DNA of 63,690 nucleotides, filler included, from Intoshia linei (lineage: Eukaryota; Animalia; Orthonectida): the NCBI GenBank assembly GCA_001642005.1. It is 4 parts of 4 records of this genome, joined end to end, with 100 filler letters (N's around TTAATTAATTAA, not from the genome) between each part and the next. Parts side by side here need not be neighbours in the genome. Positions count along the whole stretch, not along the records: positions 1 to 21,358 come from LWCA01000654.1; 3 more parts are not named here. One strand, written 5' to 3'. The translations under genes and the position numbers were made by a program. Below the pieces are notes generated by a model. That model saw only the letters and a list, made by a program, of their open reading frames with translations, made no database searches and was not told the origin of the DNA. This document shows positions 1 through 13,722 of this stretch, in pieces. Position 1 is the first letter of the stretch. Each line of letters opens with the position of its first letter.

Positions 1-348
1 GACTTGTCAATTCTGTAAAAAAACAAGAGAATCATTTCCAATAATACATTTTAACTTTCATTTTTTATAGAAACCTCCAAAGTTAATTGCGTTATTATCA
101 ATATTTATCAACAACCAAGAAAATAAAATCAACTTTTTTTTGGAAAAAACGACTTTACGATTTGAAAATATGACGTTAGTTAAAATGTTAGTTAGAAAAA
201 ACAACTTTATGTTACTGAAAATGTCTATAATATGTAATAAATGTATGTAATTTTCATGAACACCCAAAAAAGTGCTGTGGACCCCGTTGAGAATGCATGG
301 TCTATTGTATTATTTTTATTTACTTGTTATTAATTTTGTATGAATTAG

Positions 349-2905
349 CCTGATCGAACTTTTAAAATGATAATGTATACACCACCTGTTCGTTACTTTG
401 TTTTACAGGCCGCCGGAATCAAAAAAGGAGCTAGTCAACCTGGTAATAATTAGTGTTCTTTTGAATTATAATTTATAATCAATGGTCGTACATAAAAGAG
501 TTTTGCAATACTGTATTGCGACTCGAATCACGATACGAACTAAAATTATCGCCCTAAAGCACGAACTCGTGATCGTGTTGCAGAAATATAGTGCATGTAG
601 ATTTCTCTTCGGAGAATCTTCGGAGAAAGCCTAATTTTTCAAAAATGACCAAAATTGTAAAAAATAATATTTGTGAATATCAACTACATTTGTATTTTGA
701 ATGTTAAAGTTGATTTATTTGAAGATAGGTAACTAGGGGTTATAGGGCTTACACTGATTACAGTTAAAAAGTTTGAGAATCACTGCAGTAAAGTATATTA
801 ACTTATATACTCCCAGACAAATTTTTCCAATTTTTTGGCTTCGATTTTTCCAAAAATTTGGGAAGTTAATACATACTTGCCTATTTCTCACCATATATAA
901 TTTTAGGTAATTAGCAATTGTATTTATGGAGTTATTTCACATTCCATATGTTCACATTGGGAGAATAAGGCCAATAAAAGCGTGCATATATAAAACCGCA
1001 TCGTCAATATACCTAATTATTTCATCAATTGTAGCCAATACATGAATTCATCATATGGTGTTCATTAAATTCGGTTATCACATTTTTAACAAAAAAATAT
1101 AAAAAATTTTTTCAGTGAATTTTTTTTTTGCTTTGAAAAATTGATTTGGCCCACTGTCAGTGACACAGGAGGCTAATCGGTGAAAACTCATAACTAATAT
1201 ACTCGAATGTTATATAATATATTAATTAATTTAATTTTTCATAGTTAATTAACTTTGTTTCAATTTGATACGTGTTTTTATAAATGTAATGTTGTGTGAC
1301 CATATAGTCACACTGGGAGTATATGGGTTAATTATCATTGCAAGCTATCGCATACCAAGATCAAATTATTTCCTTTCAAACTTACTATCCTCCGAAAAAT
1401 ATTATGGAGGAATATATTTTTTTGAATTACTGTTTACCTCCAAAAATGTATGAAATCCTATTTACTATTACTATTTCCTATGTAATCTGTTGTCCCTCTT
1501 TTTGAAAATTAAACGAGTTGAAGAATTTAAAAAAATATATACGCTGATACGGATTTTAAAATCATAAACATTATCAAAAATTTAAATTTAAAAAAATTAT
1601 ATCTTCAGGGCCAAAACCCCAAATTACCCTTCTTTTTTTAATGAAAACAGTTATAATTTCAACAAATTTACAGGTGGTACAGTTGTATCCTGTTAACACA
1701 TACCCCATTAACATTTCCAATAAATAAATATGGGTGAAAATCTATTTAATTCTTTCTTTTGAAATTCATTTTTAATATTATACACATATTTTGTCTAATA
1801 AATTCAAAAAATGGGATAAAATTTTTTTTAAAATTCTTAACGCAAATGTTAAACAAAAAATTAAGATGGAATAATTCACTTTAAAGTGAAAAGTAATGTG
1901 ATATGACGATTCCATCTGAAACAAGTTTAGGAGCCACTCCCTTAAAGCATTGATAATAGTGAATAGTAGCATTTTTAAGTTAGATTTTCAACATGAATTT
2001 ATTTTTTTGGTAGAATAAAAGTGTGCCCTCGGCAGAGCTAGGTGCTGTTTGTACATAACAGTCAACCTAGTATTAGTATATAATTTTATGATATCATTGT
2101 AACACTTGAAATTTATTGATTAAAAATAAATTGAAATTACGATAAAGTCAACAATAGAATTTACAATTCCATAGAAAAACATTAAAAAAATATTGGTTTT
2201 AGATTTTTTCCCATTCATTTCCAAAATAACAATATTATCCTCTCTTTTCTTAAACTATTCCATTTTTTGATATTTTAATGTATACATCGTCAAAATTAAA
2301 AAGGGTCAGGTTACTAATTTTATAAAAATTTGTCGTTTTCAGATGGAATTGCCCAACATGTATATTTTTAAAACGATTTTCTTCAATAAAAAATTAACCT
2401 GTGAATAGAGACTTTATTAATGTGAATGAAAAAATAAACTTTGTTTTTTAGCAATGTTCATCGCGGACCCCATTTAAAAAACGCAGTTATAAGTTTTTTC
2501 AAAAACCAATAAAAGTTGAAATTTACTCACATGTCAAGTAATTTTAAGATTGATGTATTCAACGTAGGCAGACTGTCTATTCTGAATGAATAATTGGATT
2601 TGTACATGTATCAATAATTCTGAATTATAGGTAAAGAGATAGCTGGAATTATTACGTTGAAACACGTTTATGAAATTGCTAAAATAAAGAGTAGCGATAT
2701 AATTTGGAAAAACAAACCATTACAATCAATATGTACTGCTATTATAGCCACGTGCCATTCTATGGGGATACAAATACGAAAGAGTATAAGTGATGAAGAA
2801 TTGATGACATTTTACCAAGAACGAGAAAAAGTTGTCGCTGAACAAGAAGCTAAGGTTCTAGCAGAAAAACAAGCTAAATTAACTAGAGCTTTAATCAAAA
2901 GTTAA
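349..2905 (+). CDS. MRPL11: Mitochondrial ribosomal protein L11 (uL11m), last two exons (349-442, 2631-2905); 5' exons upstream or not located
   Basis: Spliced translation PDRTFKMIMYTPPVRYFVLQAAGIKKGASQPG|KEIAGIITLKHVYEIAKIK...LQSICTAIIATCHSMGIQI matches the uL11m C-terminal motifs (PDRTF, AAGI.KGA, G.EVAG..TLKHVYEIA.IK). Joined by a 2.2-kb GT-AG phase-1 intron. Confidence 0.92.
802..1327. mobile_element. piggyBac-like MITE, copy 1 (about 526 bp)
   Basis: TTAA on both flanks (798-801, 1328-1331); terminal inverted repeat ..ATACTCCCAG / CTGGGAGTAT..GGG; inverted second copy at 36798-37322. Confidence 0.8.
1485..2070 (+). mobile_element. Non-autonomous Helitron-like element, 5'-truncated
   Basis: Shares the family core ACAGGTGGTACAGTTGTATCCTGTTAACAC and the 3' end GTGCCCTCGGCAGAGCTAGGTGCTGTTTGTAC..ATAACAGTCAACCTAG|T (short hairpin, then CTAG, then T). 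Confidence 0.7.
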
Positions 2906-3677
2906 TAAAGTTTAAATGAGTATTTGTGGAATTAATTGGGTTTTACAACGATTTATTGTTTTTCAATTGTGGTTAGCGACTTCACATCATATTTGCGCTT
3001 TTTTCAATGAATTTCATTATTTACTTCATTATTATCGACGCTATGGTCTAATATGATCATTGACCATATTAGCAAAACCATTATATACTTTAATTTTTAA
3101 CGGTTATATTGTTTCGTATGTATATTAATTTATTCCAGTGGTTTTAAATTTTTTCCCAGTTCGATTTGAGCAATGGATACGCCCGATAAATCCATGGTAA
3201 TATAAATAAATGGACTAACACTTTTCGCTGTTACTCATCTTCTGATCGGTCCGTATACCCAGTGGCTAATATTGGTTATAAACATATATAGGAATCTATC
3301 TTTTATGGATCAAGTATAATGTGGAGATGTAGTTTTAATAAGATTTAAAAAGAAATAACTTTAAAAACTATTGTACAATGTACATTAATATTAGACAAAT
3401 TATATTGATTTTTTCGAATTAAAATGGACGTAATTGCTGAAACAATGAGCCCAAAATTTTAATAGGAATCTGCAAAATTGATCACTACAATAAAAAAATG
3501 TCTGACTTAAAACGAATAAAATAAAAACGTAATGCAGTTCTGAGAAACATGGATCAAGAGTAAATTTTACTATATCAACAATAACGTAGGTTATATACAT
3601 TGATTTTCATTTAGAATCTGATTAATTGGAATATACAGTAATTTTAACTAATTTATATTATTAAAACCCAATTAGAC

Positions 3678-3866
3678 ATGAAAACCACCACCAATAATAT
3701 GCAAAGACACGTTATGCAACTCAGGACTGAATTAGCCATTGAAAGACAGCTTATATCTAAAACTACTGCCGAATTGTTTGAATTGACTCAAAATGCAGAA
3801 CCTCATGATCCAATCCTCAATTCATTTAATAAATCGAGTTCCGGGAGCAAATGCACAATTTTGTAA
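3678..3866 (+). CDS. Heterotrimeric G-protein gamma subunit (62 aa, intronless CDS)
   Basis: V.QLR.E..IER..IS....EL...DPIL is the GGL pattern; C-terminal CaaX box CTIL. Confidence 0.85.
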   Translation: MKTTTNNMQRHVMQLRTELAIERQLISKTTAELFELTQNAEPHDPILNSFNKSSSGSKCTIL

Positions 3867-4122
3867 AAAACAAGATCCCAACACAATTATATTAAAATTA
3901 TTTGTAAAATTATATAAATACAATATAATTTTCCATGTTAAATATTTTTAGTTTAATTGCATTAAAATATAAATGGTAATTTCATTACATTAACATTTAA
4001 CATACAAATGTCCAAATTTAAAAAAATACAGTTTAAAATCAATTTCAATTAAACTTTATAATTTTTTTATATTATTGATATTCATTTTTCGCTCATTACG
4101 TGTTTAAATTAATTGTAAAAAA

Positions 4123-5368
4123 ATGGAAAAGTGCCCGCTAACTCACAAAACCCAAGAAACTTGTAATTTTAAATGGTTCAAATACATGTAAATTTAGTGA
4201 AGAAGGAATTTGACGATTCAAAAAAACAATTATTTCCTAAAAATTTCAAAATTACTGGAGATATGTTTTTTTATTCAAAAAAAAGCATGAACAATATTCA
4301 TAGTTGTATTTCTGTGAAAAAAAATATCAAAAAAACAAAAAAAGATGTTGACATGAAAAACACTGAGAAATCAACAAAATTGGTACATTTCGTTTTTGTT
4401 TTTCTTTTTTTATTCGATTTTATTTTTATTTTTTTATTCGTTTCTTCTAGAATCGATATTATGATGGTGAACAAGAAAAGATTGTACTTAAAAAACGAAC
4501 TGTTCCCCATCCTACAAAATTGAAAAAATCTCTTGTTCAAGGAGTTGTTTGTATTATTTTGGTTGGAAAGTATAAAGGAACGGTATGTTTTTTATTATTT
4601 ACTTATTATACGCGCATTTTAGAGAGTCGTTTTTCTTAAGCAACTCAAAAAAAGTGGTTTGATTTTGGTTACAGGTATTTTCTATTTTTGAAATTACGTT
4701 ACTTTTTATTTAGGACCCAAGTATTTGAATAGATGTCCTTTGAAACGCATATCGCAGAGTTATGTTATTGCAACAAAAACTGTTTTGGATATTAACGTTG
4801 ACGCTCACCTCAAGGATATTAATGATGACGATTTTTCCGCAAAGCAAAAGTATATTAAAAGGAAAGACAATCCTTTAATGAAAATTAAAAAGGTAGTTCA
4901 TTGTATAATTATTAAAATGCTTATATATTGTTTAAAAATATATAGAATTTATAATTTTATAATTAAATAATTCTAATTTTGAAGAACTTTATAATTCTGA
5001 CCGATTTAGTTAGTGGTTAATATTACAGGGTTTCTCAACCGATAAACCTAAATCTAAATGCACCCTTATATGAATTAGTGAAATTATCCCTATTTTATAA
5101 GAATTGCAGTTGACTAATGTAGGGTTCTAGATAAATTTAAATTGAATGTATGATGAGTATTTTTTTGATTATTTAGCTTTACATTTGTTAAATCATTTAT
5201 TTATAGAAATACAAGGCATCCGAAAAGAAAAAACAAGTTCAAGATAAGGTCGATGCAATTGTTAAAAAAAGTATTTGCGATAGAGAAGATTCTATCTACT
5301 TGAAAAAATATTTATCTAGTAGGTTTGGATTGTTGAAAGGACAGTTTCCTCATTCTATGATATTTTAA
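4123..5368 (+). CDS. RPL6: 60S ribosomal protein L6 (eL6), about 6 exons
   Basis: Spliced GVVCIILVGKYKGT|RVVFLKQLKKSGLILVTG|PKYLNRCPLKRISQSYVIATKT and C-terminal YLSSRFGLLKGQFPHSMIF*; small GT-AG introns. The start codon is tentative. Confidence 0.92.
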
Positions 5369-6478
5369 CTTTTATATTGTTAAATTTCATTAAAAAGTTA
5401 ATTATAAATTGTATTGTCGATTCCTTGCTATTGAAATTTATCCGTTTGCAATATAAAAATGAATGTTTGTGTTACAGTTTGAAAAAAGTAATTGAAAATA
5501 ATGCATATTTCTGGTAAAGTTTTTTCAGAATTTTTTTATCGCAAATTTCATTTTCACACATAGAATTCTTAAATGTCAAAGACCTATTACCTTTTTTTCT
5601 AAAATAACCACTAGAATTTAAAAAAACATAAATTCTAGTATTTATTAAATTCTCGGTCTTAGAAAGTTATATCGTCATAATTAAAACCACACATCACATT
5701 TTTTTTAAAAAATAAGTATTGATAAAATTATGAACATTATCAATAATCTTAAAAACTTACATTTTTACCATCAAAACCTCAAAATTATTGTTTATTTAAA
5801 AAAGTACAAATGTAGTTATTTCCAGTTAACAAAAAATAAAATCTTACAAATTGACGCCTTTAGAATCAAAATAACATTTATTTTTATTTCGAAAATTAAA
5901 ATATTAATGTATTACCATAAAATTTGAAATAATTGCCTACAATTAAAACAAGAAAGATTATTCTGATAAAGTTGATATAAGTACAAAAATATTATTTTTA
6001 TTTAATCTGAAATGAGTCATTTCAAATGACCTGTCCATCGTAGAACAAGTTTGCGAACTGCTACTTTAAATGGTTGATAAAGTGAATAGGAACATGTTTG
6101 TTAATTTTTAAAATTTAAGGAATCTTAGTTTTTAACCGTGGATCAAGAGTTTCAAATTTATGATACTATCCGTATCGGTAAAAACTGATTTTAAGTTATT
6201 TTACATTTTTGAATAGACATTTTTCTAAAAAAAGTTAATATTCAGAGATATTTTTACTTTGTTAGTTAGAAACTTCATAAACTCTGAAATATTGCATAGC
6301 TAACTGATGTATCTTTTTTTAATATAATCTTAAAAACGTTTAGATTATTTGCCAGTGTGTAAACGAAATTAAATTTTCGCTATTATTAATTAACTTTTAT
6401 TTGTAAATTGAATGCAATCAATTTCGAAAAAATCTTAAGATGAAGAAAAGTTTATTATAGTTAATTATCGTAATTTAA

Positions 6479-9400
6479 ATGGTGAAAAAAACAAAATTAG
6501 GAAAATCGAGGAAGGACAAATTCTATAAACTATCCAAAGAAATTGGTATAAAATAAAAGTACAATATAAAATTTTAACTAAACCTAGGATATCGCTCTCG
6601 TGCTTCTTTCAAATTGCTACAATTGGAAAGGAAATACCATTTTCTCGCTGAATCGCGAATTTGCGTGGACCTATGTGCTGCTCCAGGAAGTTGGCTGCAA
6701 GTCGCAGCAAATCACATGCCTGTGTCGAGTTTATTGATAGGTAAATTATTATCACATTGTAATCAATAATGTAGTATTGATTACATTAAAAAGATATAAT
6801 AATTTTCTACATATTACATGAAAAAAGTATGTAATTTATTGAATTAGGTTGTGATTTGGTACATATTAAGCCTATAACAAATTGTATTACTTTTGAATCT
6901 GATATTACCACTGAAAAATGTAAACAGGTTGGTAAATTGCTATTTATTTTGATAATTTTTAGAGACTGAAATCGGAACTTCACAATTGGAAAGCTGATCT
7001 GTTTTTACACGACGGAGCACCAAATGTTGGACAATCATGGATTCACGACGCGTATCAGCAAGGTTTATTAAATTTTATTATTTATAAATTTTCGTATAGT
7101 CAAATTGTCATTATCTGCTTTCAAGTTGGCTTGCAGTTTTTTACGTAGAGGTGGATGCTTTGTCACTAAAGTGTTTCGATCCAAAGATTACAATTCCTTG
7201 CTGTATGCTTTTCGAGAATTATTCGTCACTGTCACAGTAACAAAACCTTCCGCTTCTCGTAACGAATCGTGCGAAATTTATGTTATTTGCCAAAATTTCA
7301 AAGCACCGACAAATATAGATAGTAAATTATTTGATCCCTCTTTTGTTTTTGAAGAAAAGTCCACAAATGAGGCTGGAAATGACATGTACAAATCTAGACT
7401 TTTCAAAAACTTGTCTAGAAAAACGTACATTTTACTAAAATAGTTTTAAACGTATTTTAGTAAAGCTGATGGATATGAGGACGATAGCGTTTATCATGTA
7501 ACTTCAGATCTTGATTTTATAAAGACAACCGAACCTATTCATGCTCTAGCAAATTTTAATAAAGTGATTTTTTTATATTTATATTTATTTTTTCATTTTA
7601 CTTTTATTTGGATTTTAGATTGATATCATTACAGATGTTATTTTAAGCGATCCTGCTACCTCGGAAGATATTAAAGAGTATTGTTCTGATTTAAAATTAA
7701 TTGGAAAGCCTGAAATTAAAAATTTAATTAAATGGCGACGAAAGATTATACAGAATCATTTTACTGAGAGTGAAAATGTCGATCATGTAGCAGAGGACAA
7801 ACTTGAACAGGAAAAATTAAAGTATGATAGAAGGTTGGAGTATATTTCTTTAGAAGAAAATAGGGAAGTTAAAAGGTTTGTTTTCTAGTTTTTAGGATTA
7901 AAAAATTAATTTCAACATTTTACAATTATCATTAAATACAATATAATTACAGAAAACTTAAAAAGCAAAAAAAATTAAAAAAAAGAAACGAACTTAAAAC
8001 CCAATTAAAGTCAAGGGATCGGGAAGGGATTGATGCAGAAGAAACATCTGAAAAAATGTTTAGTTTGGCGTCTTTGCAGGTTTTTATTTACTAAAAATTT
8101 TAAATTAATTAATATACATTGCACTAACATGACGCCAGTTTATTATAAACTTTATATATCAATTTGTTTAGAATAAATCAAAAAAATACTACACATCTGA
8201 TGAAGAATCCAATGCAGAAGTTGGAGCATCTGAAGCAGAATCGTATAAATTATTTTAATTGTATAATTGACGAAATTTTTTTAGATTTAATGAAAATTTA
8301 ATTGTTGATATTGCAGATAAAAACAAAAAAAGAAAAGACGTCGTGGCCAAATGGTTTAACAAGGTTTTTATTTTTACTTGTAAAGAATAATTTATGCAAG
8401 TTAAATTTTAAATTTTAAGCATAATTCAACTTAACATTTTTTAATTTATTTTTTATGGTCACAGTATATTAAAATGTTTCAAGGTGTCACTCGCGGCTGT
8501 ATTGATATCTGCTGTTTGTCGAAGAAATTTTTTCTAATAATAAAAACTTTTATTTAAATCTATTCGATTCTTAAATTTAAAAATCATTATGCTGGCTAAT
8601 TTTTATTTAACGGTATTTCTCGTTGACAAAAAAAATTTTTGATTTTAAAATTTAAAATTTTGTGGTGCTTTTATGAAACATTTATTGGAACTGATTTGAA
8701 TCGACTCCACCGATTCATTTTTATTCAATGCAGAATATGATTTTAATAATCAAGATAAAATTTATCGATATGTGAATAATAATACACTAATGTACTAGAA
8801 AATTAAAAATAATTTAATTTTAAGGTGCATTAGTTTCAGTTATTTTTTATAGCCTATAAACTCAACGCTAAAAAGCATAGCCGGTTCACTAGAGCTTGCT
8901 TAGTTTTTAATGCCAATACGTTTGGTTTAGTCAGTATTAGTGGAATTTTATAAACACTTTACTTTTTTAGTAATACAATTGTGCCTTCAACAGGGATTTT
9001 TTATTTCTTTCTATTTTTTTAGATAAATGAAAATTTTCTAGTTTTTTTTTTCAACCAGAATATTTATTAATTGTATTTATTAATTTATTTGATTAATATA
9101 CTCTATTTCATTATTTACTCTGTTCCTTAATATCTTGAAAAATTAATTTATTTTTAACAATCGATTTGGATGAACTCGGTTGAAATCCCCAGTCCTGACC
9201 CAACTTGATTGGACCAGCCTGTATTATATACATTTTATATTTTTAGGATGTATTTAAAAGCACTGAAAACGATGAGAATGACGATGAACAAAAATGTGAT
9301 AATAATACTGAAATTGATATTATTGTACCCAAACAAAATCCTGAACTTAAAACCAAAAAAGGTGCATTTACATTTCATTCAACCTCCATTATTGTTAAAT

Positions 9401-12308
9401 GGTCAAATTTTTTACTGTATAATTTACATTGTTGTCTTTCATTTTAACTAAATAAAATTAGATGCCTGTAATGCGACTTTTCAAGGTGCATGGGCTTGTA
9501 AAAATTATAGATTGCCAGTGCAGGGATCTAATTAACATTCTCATTCATTTTTGTGAACTTTTCATAAATTATGGAAGACTGTCAGTGTAATGACTTACAA
9601 CTTGTGAGTGTTATAAATATAATGTACTCTGGATGTCCTTTTATTTTTTATTATACATTTTTTGTTTTGTAACTTTGAATTTAGCAAAGTTCAATCTAAC
9701 TCCGATTCAATTAGCGTTAGGAGAAAAAATAGTGGAATCGAAAAAACAACGACTTGAAATTATAGAAGATTCTTTCAACAGGTTCTTATTTAATATTACA
9801 ATTTGAACTGTTTGTATTTGGAAATATCAGAGACATGAGAGTTAACTATGGGGCAGGGTCAGATGAAAATTGTAGCCTATATACAAATATATATTTTTGG
9901 GTTCAACTCCATTTTTTAAGTTTTTTTCAGCGTTACCCTAGACCAGGGGTGCACAACTTTTCCACCAATTCAGCCACAATGCTGCTTTTTTCATTGATAC
10001 TACGACCGCACAAAATTTACTTCGACATTGAGAAAGTTTACTCTGGACCTAAATTTTAGGTCTAATAAAATAGTTTTCTTTAAATTTTAATATCAGCAAG
10101 TTTTAATTAATAATTTTTAATTAAAATTAATCCTTAATTCACTCATATAAATTAACACCATATTTGTCATTTAATCTGAATCGGAATAAATAGCAATAGT
10201 AGGATTAATGCAGTGCTTCTCATGGGGGTGACTGGTCACCCCAAGGGATGAATACGATGATTGTAGGCGAATCTACAATTTTCAACATATTTCATTAAAT
10301 CATTTAATTTAATTTAATCTTATGAGAAAAAACCTAAATTTTACCAACCCTTAAAGAAAAAAATCGCTTTTACCAATATTTTTATGAAAAATCCCATTTT
10401 AATAAATTTTTAGATCAATAATTCTTCTGACTGATTCCATAAGAAAAAACCTGATTTAAAAAAACATTAATCATTAATTTTTTGGTAAATAATTAATAAT
10501 AATTGGACTACAGAAAAAAGTTCAATTAAAAATCGATTTGTTAATACATGAGAGTGGAGACATAAAAAAATAAATATGTAAATATTAATAATGACATAAC
10601 AAAAGATAGCAGTGATTGCCTTGATTTTGTGTGCCCTTCGCTAACATTTGAGAAACTGGGGCAAAGTCAAGAATGTAAAACGAAAAAAGAAAAGATTGAA
10701 CGTTTTTTGTCATAAGATTTTTATTTTGGCGTTGGAATAAGTGATTTTTCTTATAAAATTTGATAAAATCGTATTTTTAAAAAAATACCGGTAAAAGTCG
10801 AATTTCTCGTTAGGGTTTAAAATGGTATTTTTTATTAAATTTTATTAATGATGTGATAAAAGTGGGATTTTTGAAAGAATAATGTATCGGTCGTCTAGGC
10901 TTTTGTATAAATTCCCAACATCTGGCAGATGTGTAGTAAATATTAAAAATTCTATATAAATAAACAAAAGTTAATAAAATTTTGTTATATTTTATTTAAA
11001 TCACCGGACCTCAGGAATATAGTTTTTGACCACCAAGGTACTAATTTTTTACAGGTTAAAGTTGAAATTTACAGCGGGTTGGCTCCTTACTACGGGTAAT
11101 GAAAATGTTTGACGAGAGACGTGTACTAACTAATTATGTATCATAATCAGAAGCACGAACTTTTAAACTTTGTCAATAACAATCGTTCATTAATAGTGAA
11201 TTATTATTGGCCTTTAATTAAATTTAATTCGAAGATATAATCCCTTCAAAGCTTTACCTGGTTTACACGGTATAATACAAGGGAGTTGTTACTTTTATTT
11301 TGATTCTCATTTATATTATAATACCTATAAATGATATTTTGACGAAAAAGTTCTCGATTATTTTAATCTAATCAATAGGTATGCAAACAATGACAAAAAT
11401 TTACCTGATTGGTTTATGGATGATGAAAAGAAGCACATGACGAAAAACGTTAAGGCTGATGAGGTTTGGATTTTTATTTCAATTAACTTTACTTTAAAAA
11501 AAGTGGTTACATGAAAATATTGATTGAAATTTTCATCTTCCATACTAATAAATTATTATTAAGTAATAATGGGTTGGGTGTCAAGTTGAAAACCTCATAT
11601 ATTTTGATATTTTGCCGTTTAAAATAAAGTGTCTTTATAATAGTGAAAATTCTAATTACAAAACCAAAATAAAATAAAAAAACATGACTTAAACTTAAAT
11701 AAGTATTAGTTGGTCTAAAATTTAGACTTTTATTGACCCAAATTTGAACAGGAGTTAGAACAATATCCCAATTAATATCATCAAGATTTAAATGATCGTA
11801 TGGATATTTTTTTAATATAGACTACATAAAAACTTAAAAATTGGTTTTAGACGCGAATAAACTATTATGCTGAAAGGGACAGAGCTGTGGATACAAAAAC
11901 GATAACGAAATCAGTTCAAGCTAAGATGAGAAAGAAAAAAAGAGTAATATAATACAATCCTTTAATTTACCCGATTTTATACTAGCAATTTCATGCCACT
12001 CAAAAAGCGCGTAAATTGGCCGAAAATATTACGGACAATTTAGATATGAATGAAGGTGAAAAATGGCAGTCGATAAAAAAGTATTTAATGTGTATGAATC
12101 AAATATGACATTTTTATTCAGAATATATAAAAAGGCTGGCCTTTTAAGTGCAAAAAAGAAAGAAAACGTGACATATATAGTATGTAAACAAGGAGCCGGT
12201 AAAAAAGTCAAAAGACCAAAAGGAGTAAAGGGCAGATTCAAAGTGGTGGATGCCAGAATGAAAAAAGACAACAGAAAAAGTAAAATAAAACTGAAAAAAC
12301 GCTATTAA
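6479..12308 (+). CDS. FTSJ3: Pre-rRNA 2'-O-methyltransferase FTSJ3/SPB1, about 16 exons
   Basis: N-terminus [32 protein letters not shown]; SAM motif DLCAAPGSW; K-D-K-E tetrad ([29 protein letters not shown]); Spb1 C-terminal [12 protein letters not shown] and [19 protein letters not shown]. Confidence 0.95.
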
Positions 12309-12677
12309 CCTGTACATGAATTTTTTGTCTTGTAATATTTGAAATTATAAAATAAATTATCTAACCCAACGTACATTTTACATCGACATTAATGGTACAC
12401 CGACCTAGATGGGAATTTATTGATCAATGAATTGATTATTTACCGTTTGAATCGTGGTTACGAACTTGTGCAAATATTTGCATTTCATTCTTTCACTATA
12501 ACATCCTATGGCAACCAGAAGCAGAAATGCAATCAGTTGCTATTATAATTTCTTTTAATACGACTACAACTGATACTATTGCTACCAGTTATATTGCTAT
12601 ACAGAGCAATACTAATAAGATAAATAAATTTCTGTATTATCGTATATTAAACTAGATTTTACCAATTTCTCTTTAAA

Positions 12678-13649
12678 ATGGTTGAGATGACAGAATTGAA
12701 ATTTTCCTGCAGTTTGGATGAACAGGCAGAAAGATACACAGGTGGGTTTTGTTGAATAATTGATAATGATATTATTTGGGGTCATTTGTTTTCAACAAAA
12801 AATTTAGAAATGAAGATGAAAACATTTGAAATGGCCAAGAAATGTGGTTGTACCGAATTGGATGACAGAAATTTGCTGTCTGTTTCGTGTAAAAACGTGG
12901 TAGGAAATTTGCGAGCCTCCTGCCGAATGATAAATTCAGTATTAGCACAACATGTGCATGTCATGGAGACGGAATGTCTTACTGAAGACCCCGTTGCATT
13001 GCAAAAGAAGCAACTAATCCTAGACTATCGAGCAGGGGTAAATTTTCATGAAATATTTATTATTGTGTTTTGTAGATTGTCAAAGACATTACCCGGGAAT
13101 GCATTGAAGTTATCGAATTAGTTGTTGACTACGTCATATCTAAATGTCCTCCTGATAATCACGAACATAAATGCTTCTTTTTGAAAATGTAAAATTTAGT
13201 ATTTTTGGTTTATATTTTTAGGGTTGGGGATTATTATAGATATTATGCTGAATGCTTAGATGATGGAGTCGATAAAAACAACATTTCTGATAAAAGTGAC
13301 GAAAATTATAAAAAGGCGTATGAATTAGCAAAACAACATCTCCCCTGTACCAATTCAGTTAGACTCGGATTAGTGTTGAACTATTCAGTCTTTCACTACG
13401 AAATTAAAGGCAATCAAACAGCTGCTTGTGATTTAGCAAGAGTCGCATTCGATGAGGCCATTGCCGAACTTGATACTCTTTCCGAAGATAGTTACAAGGA
13501 CTCAACTTTAATTATGCAACTTTTACGAGACAATCTAACTTTGTGGACCAGTGATGTCGATGGTAATATTCTTTAATTTGTCCATTTTCTCATTTTTCAC
13601 AGATGAACAGAAGGACGAAAAAGATGAGGAGACTAAAGAAGAAAGTTGA
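12678..13649 (+). CDS. 14-3-3 protein, divergent, 5 exons
   Basis: [76 protein letters not shown], acidic tail. Confidence 0.95.
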
Positions 13650-13722
13650 ACTTCGTAGTTATTGTCTAAATAGTATCTTCATAATCTGTTAAATTACATT
13701 TAAATTCCATTTTTTCTTACAT

